A stretch of 64,000 nt of DNA. Origin: Chrysomallon squamiferum (Eukaryota > Animalia > Mollusca). The stretch lies in NCBI GenBank assembly GCA_012295275.1, contig CM022670.1, positions 22,692,001 through 22,756,000 of the forward strand, written 5' to 3'. The position numbers and the translations under genes were made by a program. A model generated the notes under the pieces. It saw only the letters and a list, made by a program, of their open reading frames with translations. It ran no database searches and was not told the DNA's origin. This document shows positions 14,459-49,877 of this stretch, piece after piece; position 1 is the stretch's first letter; every line of letters starts with the position of its first letter.

Positions 14459-15678
14459 TAAATGCATATCAAAAGCCCGTCCCAATGTTTATCCATTATA
14501 AAAGTGGTTCGGGATCATCAGTATTCGGAAAATTGACCGTGTACGTCTTTATTCAACATTCAGATATATTAACATGACTTGGATGATAACCTAGATTTCT
14601 GGACCAAGTGCGCAACAAACACATTTATGAAATCTGAACTGTAACGCCTGAAGGCCAAACTTTTGATGTGTTTTTCTTTTTCAATGTTATTATTATTATT
14701 TTTTAATAAATATCTTGGCTTTAAAACAGAAGAGAAACATTTATTTATGATTATAGTTATTTGTTGTTGAGTCTGAAAGTCCTAGTATAACGGATTCATT
14801 GTTTTACTTCAGTTCCCAGGATTAACAATTATCCAAAACATTTTGCACTCATTTTAGTTACACTTACCATAACAAATCACTTTTATTTATTAGTTTATAT
14901 GAGTGTGTGTGTGTGTGCGTAGCCTATGTGTGTATGTGTGTATGATTTGGTATATAACTTCCCACACTCGCACAGTTTAACAGTCTTAATGTTGATTGTT
15001 GTTTTGTATACCTTTCTGACTAAGTTAATGAAATTCGTTACGCCGGTGTGTTTTATGTCTCTTTTTTTTTTTTATTTTTTTATTTTTTATTCATTTTTTA
15101 ACCAATAAACCGATCTTTAGAAAAGGTAAGAATGTTTTATTACAGCTAATTTATGCTTCATTAAACATAAAATGTAGGATAGGATGTAGTGACTATTTAA
15201 TAATCTTTCATTGAGGATGTATGACTCGTAATGTCATAACGTTTTGAATCGTCATCCTTATTTGTCATACGTGATCATATATTTGACAGGTACGTTATAG
15301 TTCATATATATTATATATTAGGATTACACATATATATATATTATATGTATATGTATGTGTGTATGTATGTATGTGATTAAACATGTTTGTAAAAATACAC
15401 AATCATGTCGATTTGAATAGGATATGTGTGTTTCTTTGTCTTTTCTATATATTTGGAACACATTTAAAAATACATATTTTAGTGTTATGAGTTACTGTTA
15501 AGATTAAGATTTGATACATTTTATACGTGAGATCAGAGATAAATCAAGTATTAGCTTGCATTGGTTAGCTACTGTTTCTTTATGCATCTTCCTGTAGAAT
15601 GTAAAACAGAGTTTGATCAAAGTATTTGTACAAGTATTTGTAATCATGCTCAGTTACTAAGAAACAACATAATGTTAC

Positions 15679-15792
<114 letters not shown>

Positions 15793-16128
15793 CTTCTTAA
15801 ACAAATCAAACCCACTGAGGCTCTCTCGTGAAAACCTGTTTAGATTCGCCCCTGCTTTCTATTTAAACAGACGGTAGCCCAGTTCACACATATATATCTT
15901 CGGCCACCTCCCTTAGCAAGCAGCTACGTAGCCGTCCAGTGAGTCATGGGTCACTGAAGCGATGAATATATTATTGTTCATAGCTCTCCGAGTAAAAACA
16001 ACAGCTCGAGAAACCACTTCCTGATGATGCTGTGTGAACTACCGATGTTGTTACGTCTTTGCATATTCAGTAACAGGTGTCATCTTGCACTCTCTGTGGA
16101 AACGATCCCCAAGTTTGCAGCTTAAGAC

Positions 16129-37448
<21,320 letters not shown>

Positions 37449-39681
37449 TCATTTTCCTTTAAAGGTTTTTAAAGAGTGAAATTTGCATCTGATGTCCATT
37501 ATTCAGTTGACTTTTCTTCATTCAGACATTTCATCATGAAATAAACTGTCTTCCCAGATTCATGATCTGTGGAGTCTTTTGTGCTTATCATTGCCACTTA
37601 CACTCATAAGTTATCAAGTTATTTTTGCTTCAACAGTTTTATCAATTTCAGTGAAGATATATTTTGTTACTGATATTAATATTATTTTTATAGTTTTTAT
37701 TGTAAATGTATAATAAATAGTTTAGTTGAGTAACAGTGCTATCTTTATAATGATTTCTATATACTGCTTGTAAATAGAATTACCTTTGTTATTCGTGATC
37801 AAAAGTTGTATGTCTTTCAGTATGTCTTTAAAAAAAATATTTTTTAAAATGCATCTTAAGACAATGAAATATTTTAGTTTTCAAAAATCTCTTTCACTTT
37901 TCCAACCTTGCAATTTGTAGTTCAGAATTTGAATCCATAGAGGAATAAATAATTTTTTTTTTTTAAATTGTTTGTTAATATGTATTCACTACATATATCA
38001 ATCATTCCATATTTCCAGTATAGTATCTCAAATAATATTAAGCTTCAGAGAAGATCCTTTTCAAAATCTGTAATAATCTGTTTTACAAACCATTTTTTAG
38101 ATTTTGCAACTTGAGTTTAACAAACAGATATCACACCTGTAGTGGCTGTTTCCATTTTGATTTGAAACAAAATGTGCAAGCCAGATAGCTCACCTTTTCA
38201 TTAAACATGCTGAATTTCTCATTGTTTTTCATATTTTTGTTAATATTTTGTTACATATTTTATTTCACTTTCATTTTAGAGATTTGTTTTTAATAATATT
38301 TTATTCTGACTTTTTTTTTTAAATATAATATATTTTTATATATATATATATATTAAAAATTCAAATTATTTATATATTTTTTGGTATATAGAAACTATTT
38401 TCATATCTAAGAAAATGATACATAAACTAACAACTTTCAAATAAACATGTACATTTTAAAGTATTGTATATTTGGCTCTATATAAAACTCAATTAGTATG
38501 TTCGTTTTTATCCAATCTTTTTATATTTGTTACTTTACTAGTTGTAATTATCCTAAGTTTTATATAATTTATTATTTCAAATTTCTGCAGAGAGAATGAA
38601 TGAGCAAATATCTAACAGTGAAAACAAATCAAAACAAGATAAAGTTTGTGTATGTTTATCCAAATGTGCTTGTAATTATATCTGTTGGTTGTACTGTTTT
38701 TAATTATGTTTAAAAATATTGTAATATTTTTAACCATTTTAATCTACAGCTAAATCTACATCTATTTTTCTAAATGAACTAAATGTGTACTACTCTTGTA
38801 TTTGTTGTGAAACAGATTTGAGTAACTGCAGGAAAAATATATTTTCATACAATAATGTTTAGCAGCTAATCCATTTTTTGATATTTTTAAATACCAAACT
38901 ATAAATATTAAAGTTTTTCTTTTTCACTTTTAATTTTCCAAACATCAGGGAGTTTGTTACATTTGTATGTGTGTGTGTTTGAGAGAAACTTAAATTTACT
39001 GTGTATATCTTATGAATACTTTTATATATAATTATGCTCCTATTATCAATAAAATCTTTTGATTACAAAATTGATTTATTTATTTGTTTGTAATCAAAAT
39101 TTGTATATTTTTCATGGGACATGATAAATATTTTTAAAAGAAGAAAAAATTAAATTTCTGTTAAAGAAATTTACAAATCTTGGCTTTTATAATATTATCT
39201 TAACACAAACATGGCTGCGAAATAGAAGATTATTTATCAGCAGGAAACTGGATAAGAGAAAAACTGTTTTATTATGATGGAAATGACAGTCAACATTAAC
39301 AGATAAGTATAAAGAATATCATCAGACAAAATATAAGCTTCTACTACAATTATTATTATAATTACTGTTGTTGTTACTAAATCACTTCATATGTAACAGT
39401 AACACATAGGTTTGTGCAAATTCCTTATCAGAGATACAAAAATATTAAAATACACATAAGTTGAAGAGGTTTAGACTGAAATATATTTATGACAAAGGAT
39501 TTACAAAAACATTTTTTTTTTAAATTATTTTTGTTGTTGTATCTATATTCTATAATCAGTATTATATGATCATTCTTTCTGAATGTGTTCTGTACAACTT
39601 TTTCTTTTTCCAGAGCTCTCCATAACATTGTTCATGCTGTAAACATTTCCAACAGTTACAAGGTTGAAAATCAGTTTATTT

Positions 39682-42600
39682 CTAAGCTTCAGCACTTGTT
39701 TGTGTAATACTCTGATAACTCACTTCAACATCTGTAGAATAGTCATTTGAATTTGAACTGGATTTCAAACTGCAATGGAGAAATACTGATATTGTTAAAA
39801 ATAATAATAATAATAATAATTGTAATAAAAATATCCATTCTGTTATAATGAGCAAAACATTTTTCATTTCAAAATCTGCTTTTACACAATGTGAAAATTT
39901 TCTGCTTAATATGTTAATAACAATAAATATAAAAGATTTAAAAACAAACTGCATAAATGAGGGAAAATAAGCATGTAACTAACGAGAAAGGTTTTTAAAA
40001 TAATATATCTAAAACATTAATTAAAACTGTTTATAAATTTTGAATTCCTGTTCTAAATACCTTAAGAATTAATAAAAACTGTTTATAAATTTTGAATTCC
40101 TGTTCTAAATACCTAAAAAATTAATAGAAACTGTTTATAAATTTTGAATTCCTGTTCTAAATACCTTAAGAATTAATAAAAACTTTATAAATTTTGAATG
40201 CCTGTTCTAATCTACTCATTAGTGTATCAGATAAGTTCATTTTTAACTGTTATCCTGCTAATTCTATATTATTAATGTAATCTCACATCATGTTAAAAAC
40301 ATCTTGTTTAATCTGTCGTCGCATGTCTTCATTTATCGGGTAACTCCAGAGAAAGAGAAGAGCAATGAGGATCAGAACACTGGGGCAGGACACGAGAATT
40401 CGAAGAGTCAGATCCACAGATTCCGGCTGGATGCAGGCACCTGTCTCATAACCACCAATTCTATGAAATAAACTCTCTATTACAAATTCTGTTAAATAAA
40501 CTCTCTATTACAAATTTTGTTAAATAAACTCTCTATTACCAGTTCTGTTAAATAAACTCTCTATTACAAATTCTGTTAAATAAATTCTCTATTACCAATT
40601 CTGTTAAATAAACTCTCTTTTACAAATTCTGTTAAATAAATTCTCTTTACCAAATTCTGTTAAATAAACTCTTTTACAAATTCTGTGAAATAAACTCTCT
40701 ATTACCAATTCTGTGAAATAAACTCTATTACAAATTCTGTGAAATAAACTCTCTTTTACAAATTCTGTTAAATAAACTCTCTATTACAAATTCTTTTAAA
40801 TGAACTCTCTATTACAAATTCTGTGAAATAAACTCTCTATTTCAAATTCTGTGAAATAAACTCTATTATTTTTATTATTATTCTTTCTTATGCAGTATGT
40901 CTGAAAACAAAAGGTCATAGAACTCTAACAGTTGAACTTTGACATTCACTGACAAAATGAGTATTTGCATGTTTTTAAATATTACTGTACTCACTGCAGT
41001 GCAATCTGTGAAATTCCCAAACCTAGTCCAAGAGCTAGTTTGCCAAAGAAGACATAAAAAGAATAAAATATGGCATCTTTTCTAGTTTTGTTTTCCAGCA
41101 TAAACAAGTCGAGAACATCTGGTAATATAGACCTAAAATGTGAAAAGCATACATCCATCAGTGAGACACCAGTAGCCTATCTGCTTTTTTTTTTTGGGTG
41201 TCATTAAACAATTTTTTTTTTGTTAATTTACATACAATTAAATAAATACATATAAAAAAAATAACATAAAAAAAATGTAGATATATATATGTGTGTATGT
41301 ATGTGTATATACATATACATACATACATACATATGGAAATTAATCAAGCAACACTTGTATTTGCTCAGACTCAGCAACTTTAATAAATTGGTGCATGAAA
41401 TGTGTCAAAAATGTGCATACCATATGAAATTTTCAATGAACAGAAAGGGATAAGGAGAAAGACAGCCAGTAATACCATGACAAAATGTGGTTTATTTGAA
41501 GATGGTACACATTTGGAAAATGATTTCATTTCATTCAAAAACATTATGAATTTCACTGTTGTTACACAGTCTGTTCCATACACATATCTGGTTCACAGAA
41601 TTGAAGAATAATGTCCAGCAAGTCCAAATATTGACGCATCAATCTCTGGAGTTAATTGTGAGGATTCCTGTTCCAATCCTCATGCAAAGCAGCAGTCAAT
41701 TCACTGAGAGTCTGGACAGGTGGGTGTGTCTGTTGATTACAATGCCCTAAAATGTAACAAGTGACTTCTGTCAAATGAAAAGTGTATTCTAGGCCATGAT
41801 GCAATGCTCCAGGCAAGTCATGCTGCTTTGTGAACTGGAGACAGTTTAATTACTTGATGGTTCTCTGACCCATATCCAATTTTAGTCAATTCCTGACAGT
41901 CTTGTAGTAAATGGCTCTACCTGGTAACCAGTGCTGTTTTAAAGATGTGCCTGAGTCCTATGAATGGTACCTAACAAGTCTCAACAATGCTCTGACATCC
42001 AGTTTGTCTGAAGGACATTCTTGAATTCCTCATACCAATAATTTGCTACCTTGATAATTTACAACATGCCATGAAAACTGAATATGACACATAATCCTTA
42101 CTAACTTGATTTCAACACTGTTGAGGGTATAACATTTTATGTGCATTGTTTGTTGTTGCACAGCATTGAATATCTCCACTAAAGTCATGCTGTTCAGCAA
42201 TATGCCACATGTTAACAAATGATTCAGGAAAACACTCTGTTTTCTTAATTCACAGAATTATAGGTCTGTGAAGTGGGTGTTAATTTATTTCCATATAATA
42301 CTTTCCATCAAAGAAAATTTCCAGAGGTATATTCAACATGTCTGAAAATGGAAGCACCATTTGATTGTTACTTATTTCAAGAAGAAAAGAGGTTCTGAGT
42401 AAGGAGACATTCATGTTACACTGACTCATGTTTACACAGTGAGAGAAAAAAATAGGGGTGGGGAGCTTTATAGCCAGTTCCAAACTGTGTACCTTTATAT
42501 CACATTATACATAAGTTTTTGTGTCCAAAGATTAAAGAAATAATTTTGTTTTTGTCTCACCAAGGAAGAAGCAGTGATACAGAAATGCTTAGACCAGCAA

Positions 42601-45600
42601 AACCAGTTGCAATAAAATAAAGATACATGTTGCCCACTGGTAAGTACAGATTGCTTATTAACACTGGTATTAAGATCTGAAACAAGGTTAAAAATGATAC
42701 AAAATTATTTATTTTTTTATTTTATACTTTTAAACAATATTAAATACAAGACACTAAACAAATATAACCCCTGCAAAATAAATTAAGAAAAAAAAAAAAT
42801 ATAAAAAAAATTAAATTAAATTAAATTAAAATGTAAAAGAAGAAAAACACATAAAATTAATGTATATGAAAGTAATAAAATTCAAAGAAATAAGAAAGCC
42901 AAACAATAAAGATAATATGTGATGTTTTAATTGCATTCTAAATTAAATATAATAATAATTCACTTATACATCACTGGTAAAAATTATTATGTGAAACTAA
43001 AAGTAATTTTGACAATGTTGATAACAGTATTTGTAATGGCAAATATAATGAAATAAATTTTAAAGTAATTTTGACATTGACTTACACTCATTCCAATTGC
43101 GTATGTTGTCTTTTTGCCAATCTTAAGTAAAATGTAGTGCCATATTGGCATGCTGAGAATAGAGACACCCTACAGAAGAAAACAAAAAAAATCAGTTTTG
43201 TAATGATAATATGTGTATAAACTGTTGAAGTTTTTATTTATTTTTTTGTTTTTTTTAAATTAATTTTATTTATTATTATTATTATTTTGTTTGTTTGTTT
43301 GTTGTTTGTTTCATGATAAAAAAAGAATCTGTTATTTGTTTTTTTTTATTTACAACTGTGTATACAGTGTTGTAAATGTTCTCACAGACTAATAACAAAG
43401 ACAGTTCTGAAAGCTTTTAAAAATAAAAAATTATGATCTACACTTGAAGTATAAAATAGGACAAACTTTATTTTATTAATTTGGTTTTAAAAAAATGATC
43501 CAAATGTGTGAATTCTAAACAAAATTTGAATATAAGTAAATATACTGATACTGCTAGATGAAATAAAACTTACAAGAATGGTGAAAAGAAAAAATGAGAA
43601 ATATTTTCCTAATTTAACAGAATGCGTGCAATACAAGGCCAAATTCCCTTGCACAACCTAAATAAAGCAAGTAAAATATTATTATTTATTATTTGTTACA
43701 AATAACATGAAAACAATCAAGACAGATAACAAAGTTAAAGCTAATTTCCAGTATTTTAAAAACGATAATTCAGTTTTCTTATCTAGAGAGAATTTCTAAC
43801 GAATTTGTTAACTAAATGAAAAGTAAAATTCTTGGGAGTTGCCCAGATTGTTGACCACACTATTATTTAGCTATCTGCAGTTGATTTAAGCATATGTCAG
43901 CCTATCTGGCATATTTTAAGCTTGTCTTCAAAAATACTGTTAATATTTTGGTTATTATTGTTAATTATCAGTTTGACATATTTTAATAATAACGATGATA
44001 ATGATGATAAGATAATTAAAAATAAATAAAATTGTATATATATTTATATAGATATAGAAACATACATACATACATACATAACTACATACACACATACACA
44101 AACACACATTAAAACACAAACACACACACATATACATACATACTGTTGACGCTCGATTTCACAGGTTAACAGGAGGGAGTAAAAGTCCGGAAAATGCAAA
44201 AGTCTAGGAAATCGCGAAATGAAAACAAAATTAACCCTAACATTTACTGAAGCATTAAATTTTAATACATAAACAGCTACATAATAAAGTAATATAATAA
44301 TGTAAGAACATTATACATAGATAAAAAAAACAAAAACAATGTAAACAAATGTCATACAGTAAAAAAAAAATGTAGGCAAGATTGAGTGAAGTTTGTTACG
44401 TTAGGATCATTGTTACATTGTTAGGTGCAACTGTGGGAGAGAGGGTTGCCGTCATCCTATAGAGGGGCTCAGAATACTTTAATAGTTCTTAGAAGTAAGG
44501 TTTCGAGTGGGAAACAGCGTTAAGTTCAAATGTTGTGTTTCTTTCCAGATTTAGTCCATATTTCCTGAATTTCGTGACACCGTGGTCATTTAAATGAACT
44601 GTCAACAGTATATATATATATAAAAGTTTTATACGTCTGCTATGAACTTACACCAATGGCCATTGAATTGAACAGATATATCATGGATGCTTTCATGTAA
44701 GGCCCATATGTAAACACACTCTTCAAGCCATGGAAGTACGAAGTATTTCTGTTTTCAATCACACCTAAATCCAATGTGAAGAATAAAAATATTAAAAATA
44801 TCACAAATTTCTGACTCAACGGTGGAATGTTATTGACTTCTGTGTAACTCATTATCTGTGTAAAGTTCATTTTGGGATCTTTCAGGAATGTTGTGAAATA
44901 TGGCATCACATTTTAAATTTAGAATTTGTTTTTCTTGGGTACGTCTGAAAGTTTAAAAGTTTCTTACTTCTTTTTTCTTTCACGCCAATGAAGACGACCA
45001 AGGCACAAAACATATAAATACCAATGACGATTATGGAACCCAGAGTGTACGTCCATTTCTGCAAACAGCAGAAATTTTGTTATAAAAAGATATAACTGAC
45101 CGGAAGAATATAATTAATATTTTACCCGTTATCATAAAACTTTTTTTTTTTTTTTTTTTTTTTGCTGTCTCCGTAATTAATTCCTTGTTATTATTACACT
45201 ACTACAACCACTGCACCATTTATTATCAAACCCACGCCACCACCACCACCAACACCATTACATACTGCCATAAGATTTATTACAATATATTATTCTAAGA
45301 TTTATTATAATATATAAGTTATTTACAGTTATTTAAGTTCGTTGAATATGGAGTATAGAGGTTATAATGGAAAAAATTATTCTGATCTGTGACGATCGTT
45401 GAGCGAAATCAGTGTTACCTGTTCATCAACATCATGCGGTGACTCCGTGGTTTCTGGTGTCGAACATTCTCCTGCCTTTCTGTGCTCCTCGATTAACGTC
45501 CCCTGCACTACGACGGCAATCAGCACCCCGGCAGCTTCGAATATCATTCCTACAACAACAGCATTAACTACACAACCAAACGGTTACCACATATTAGTAA

Positions 45601-47782
45601 AATGACGCGACAGATCAATTAATTTTAAAACATTGCCGTATTTTTACAAGACAAACTCACAGTGAGCTTAATATTTTATTCGCTTATTATAGACTTATGA
45701 ACTTGTATGTACTAATGTAAAATGAGCATTAATTTTAATGTAATTATTTTATTCACTGTATGATGTGATATATTAATAAAAAGTTAATATTAAGAAAACA
45801 ATGTAATGTTTGATATTATATATATATATATATATATAATGCGTAATGTTGTATATATATATATACTAATTTTAAAATAATGTTAATAGCAAAAACAAAT
45901 AACAAAAATAAAAATAATTTATTTTAATTTTTATAATTACTGTATGATGTTGCGGAATCTCTTTCTGTCTGCTTGGAACTGATATACATTGTGAGTGATG
46001 TATATGGTACATGCAGTCCCTGAAAATTGTATATTTAATAGTTAAATTTTATTATTCACATATACATACACATAAACGTACATACATGTCGGCTCTTGTG
46101 ATAATAAAACCTGGAGATGCAAGAGTCAGGAAAATGTGTAAAAATGAAGGCTGAGAAACCATGAACCGTCGTACTATTTCATTTATTCGAATGATAATTA
46201 ATATAAAATAAAACGATGTTTTGTTTTATTAAATGTCTAGAAACGATGTGTCTTGTGTGTTTCTGATTATTTTTAAGTATTTGCTTCTAGAACTTAAAAT
46301 AGTGTACTAATAATTAACTTTAGCATACTGGGAAATACATACGTACATATATATATATATATATACACATTATATATAATATATAATGTGTATGTGTCTC
46401 TGTGTGTGTGTGTGTGTGTATGGGTCTGTATGTGAGCGTGCAAAAAAGCGATAAACGCCAAAATTAATAACGTACAGCAGCCGCAATGGAAATCAAAGTA
46501 TTTTGGGATTAACATAATGTAAATAACAGTTACAAGCAGTAAGAAATGTGTTTTATTTCAAAAGTGTTTGTGGACATACAGCGCTTTATGATGAAACTCT
46601 TCGTAAACACAAAGCATCTTTCAGAACGTTTACATTTTAGAGAACAGTTATTACCACATCCAGTATTACAGAAAAAATGAAACGGACAAAACAACAAGAA
46701 CAAACAAACAAAAATTAAAAAGAGGGATTAACAATGTGACACTCACAGACAGAAGTCCCTCAAACAGACAGAACATGGCGAAATAGTAGCCTAATTTGGC
46801 TTCTTCAGACAGAGGTGGCACGTAAAACAAACCGTAGTAGGCAGCACAAGCGAAAGGAGCTGAAAGTAAAATCCTGAAAGAAAAAAAAAAATATCAAGAA
46901 AAATCAACAATTAAATTTTATCATAGGTTTGCAGATTTTTCTTCTTATGTATCGTTCTCTAAGTATTAACGTAGGAAATATTATGTGTTGATTTAAATAT
47001 ACGTACTTTTTAATCTAACTTCTACATGTATGTTATATTCTTTGACCTTCATTGTAGTTGTTATTGTTTTTGCAATAATAATATTTTAAATCGTTTATTT
47101 ACATTCTACTAATTATTTCTGAAGTTTACAGAACTGCTCATTTTTCTTTAATTGAAAACTGAAACGAAATCAAAAACTTGTCTGGTGAGGTCAGATATTT
47201 TCCCCGCAACAAGCACGTCTAAAATATTCCCAAATTACCTAAACATAATATATATATATATATTAAAATCCTTAAGCTAGTATTAGTTCGGGAATATCTG
47301 GAAGCCACCTACCAGGGTTTCATGCGGCCGAATTTCGTGAAAGGAGATTTGTTAACAAAATAACCACAAGCTGGATCGGTGATGGCATCCCACGCTTTAC
47401 CACCAAACAGTATTATTGAAACATATTTGGGCTGAATCTGTACAAAGCAAAAAAAAAAAAAAAAAAAAAATAGAAAAGAAAAATAAACGATGTTATTGTT
47501 ATTGATGTTGCTGTTAACGATGATGGATGGATGACCATGATGTTGTCATTATAATTACCAACATTACCTTTATCAAGTTTCAAATGTAATCTTGATATAT
47601 ATATATACATATAAATATACAAACATATAAATATGCACACAAATATACAAACATCATGAACACACACAAATATACACGCATATGAACCTACCTACCATCA
47701 ACATACATACATATATATGTACAAAAAATCCCATAAACACACACACACACACACACACATACACACTTCACGCACAAAACGG

Positions 47783-47840
<58 letters not shown>

Positions 47841-48134
47841 CGGACACACAGGTTAGCTACAGTGGATTAACAGACCTCTGCAACCTCCAGTAGAAATATA
47901 CTGAAGAAAAACCAATAATACTGGATGTTATCTGGTATGGGGCACCTCCTACTGCAAAACACAGTTTTCTCCATACTGGCACACCGTCGTCGTCATCGTC
48001 ATCGGTGTCTTCTTTGATCCGTAAATACTGAAACATTAGTTACAGCTACTGACGTACGGGTCAAATGATTAGATAATAAATTTTTTTTTTTTTGGGTTTT
48101 TTTGTTGTTTATACTTTAGTGGTTTTGTTTTTGT

Positions 48135-48173
<39 letters not shown>

Positions 48174-48612
48174 AGCACTACTGTTACTACTAAAACAACT
48201 ATTAAAACCACTATTATTATTAATGTTGCTGATGGTGTTGTTCATATTGATGAAGACAGTGTGCTTTCTCTGTTTAGAAGTATAATTGTTTTATTTTATT
48301 CTGTTTTATTTTATTTATTTACCTAATCTTTTCAAGTTTAGGAATTACTGTGTCATCATCGTTGTTTTTATTTAAAATCATTTTCATCATCATAATAACT
48401 ATCATCATCATCATTGTCTAGTTACACTCATTGTTATGATACTTTTCCTTCCTCATTCTATCTATCCAGTACAAATGATCCGCTGACAATGTCATTTTCA
48501 CGTCTCCTTCTTTTAAAAATGCCTTCTGATAAAAACTTCAGCTAATGATAGTTAATCTTTACACTGACCTGCAGAAAGGGATATAATTAAATCGTACCTT
48601 TTTACTTGACAT
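39682..48612 (-). CDS. MFSD2A: MFSD2-family (MFSD2A/B-like) Na+-coupled lysolipid transporter, GPH/MFS_2 family; 1-nt frameshift in coding exon 2 as assembled
   Basis: Minus-strand exons in transcript order: 48612-48598 (MSSKK), 48027-47876 (KLCFAVGGAPYQ), 47437-47313 (KAWDAITDP..GRMKPW), 46873-46747, 46019-45941 (HVPYTSLTMYIS..ERDSATSY), 45549-45419, 45058-44968, 44764-44652, 43657-43574, 43169-43086, 42676-42561 (LLP), 41132-40995 (SILPDV..IFYSFYVFFGK), 40460-40287 (GYETGACIQPESV..YPINE), 39769-39682 (TAG). All introns are GT-AG. Probably co-orthologous to vertebrate MFSD2A and MFSD2B. Confidence 0.92.
40017..40210. repeat. ~52-bp tandem repeat, about 4 copies, in the last MFSD2 intron
   Basis: aaaactgtttataaattttgaattcctgttctaaataccttaagaattaata repeated. 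Confidence 0.92.
40456..40868. repeat. 28-bp minisatellite, ~15 copies, whose unit contains the MFSD2 3' splice site
   Basis: Unit aaattctgttaaataaactctctattac; the first unit overlaps the exon boundary at 40460/40461. Confidence 0.95.
41480..42100 (+). mobile_element. Possible highly decayed Helitron Rep-domain fragment in an MFSD2 intron
   Basis: The block is less AT-rich and has no homopolymer runs. Broken frames give, in order, HSLFHTHIWF, PNIDASISG..ED..NP, CPK..TSVK..YSR and IPHTNNLL..TCHEN, loosely resembling the Helitron motifs RGLPHxHI, IDxxISAE, PK..T..YRR and VPYNxxLL..CHIN. Many stops; recognised by eye only. Confidence 0.3.
44143..44608. mobile_element. Putative TA-flanked MITE with short TIRs
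   Basis: TA|CTGTTGAC at 44141-44150 and GTCAACAG|TA at 44601-44610, with CpG-containing subterminal sequence (aggaaatcgcgaaat / atttcctgaatttcgtga). Confidence 0.5.
47736..47836. repeat. Interrupted (CA)n microsatellite
   Basis: Directly visible; other (CA)n tracts at ~48908-48948 and ~56117-56181. Confidence 0.95.
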
Positions 48613-48904
48613 AGCAGGATACTGACGGAATGTCTACAATAATCTCAGTTTCTCCAGAAACACTGTAAACAAATTATTATGAAAAATTATATCCAGGTAA
48701 TGTAACTATTCATGAACATTACGATACGGTAAAGTCCCTCTATCTCTGAATTACGTATCTGATAAGACAGACATGACTGGTCTTGTGATGAAAATTTATC
48801 AGTAGGTGAAATGTATTTAAACGTCTGAGTGTAGATAGCTTTTTCAAACCTCTCTCTCTCTCAAACATACACACATGCACATACTGATGTATATGTGTAT
48901 ATGC

Positions 48905-48955
<51 letters not shown>

Positions 48956-49838
48956 GAAGTTAATATTTGAATTTCGGGTAAATTAAATATATAAATTGTT
49001 TTATTCCAACATCCTTTCCTTCATAGTTATCTATAAGATTAATTCCATGGAAGTTTTCCCGGTTTTACGTCCATATAAAATTGTTAATAAATCATTTTAA
49101 TTATATTTTAAATATTTGCTACTAATAATGTAGATTTTCCAATTATTTGTTTTAGTCTTTCTCGTTAACATTTGCCATCACTTAGTAAAGTATTAGGTGC
49201 ATAGTCATATCTGTTTGTTTTCGTTGTTTTTTTTTGGGGGGTTGGGGGGCATTTTAATTTGGGAGGTCCTTTAATTTATTTCAAGTACAGACAAATTTTT
49301 ATGAGATACGATAAAAAAATTTTTTTTAAAAATCATAAGCAAATATGAATATATACGTACACATTTAATTAAACCAAATAACTTTTATATATTCAATATA
49401 TATTTCTATAATAATAATAATAAATTAATTTATTAATTAAAATAAATAACCCACAAGGGAGGTAACTCGTATAGATATGAGGATAGAACATTACGCGAAA
49501 GGCTAATTAAGTGATGTACTAACATTTGTTTTTAGGTATGAATGACAAAATAGTAATCAGATGTGTTTTGTAACATAATATCGTTACGCAAATACAGTTT
49601 TTGAAAATACTGGTTGAAAATAGAAAATAATAAATTGAAAATTCGACTAACAACAACAACAACAACAATAACAATAATAGTAATAAATAAATAAAAAGGA
49701 CAGAATATATTTTCTTTTTTAATTAATAAAATAGCTCACACATAAAGAAATAGCCTAAATACATTTTTTATTTCCAGGGGAATATTTTTGTTTATCCTAA
49801 TATCAATTAAAAAATGAAATGAAATGAAATAAGATTTA

Positions 49839-49877
<39 letters not shown>

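Noticed and set aside
37533-37566. ATGA-containing hairpin in the phosphatase 3' UTR as a SECIS
   Set aside because: atcatgaa/ttcatgat pair in Watson-Crick fashion; there is no GA/GA quartet with an apical AA 11-12 nt after AUGA.
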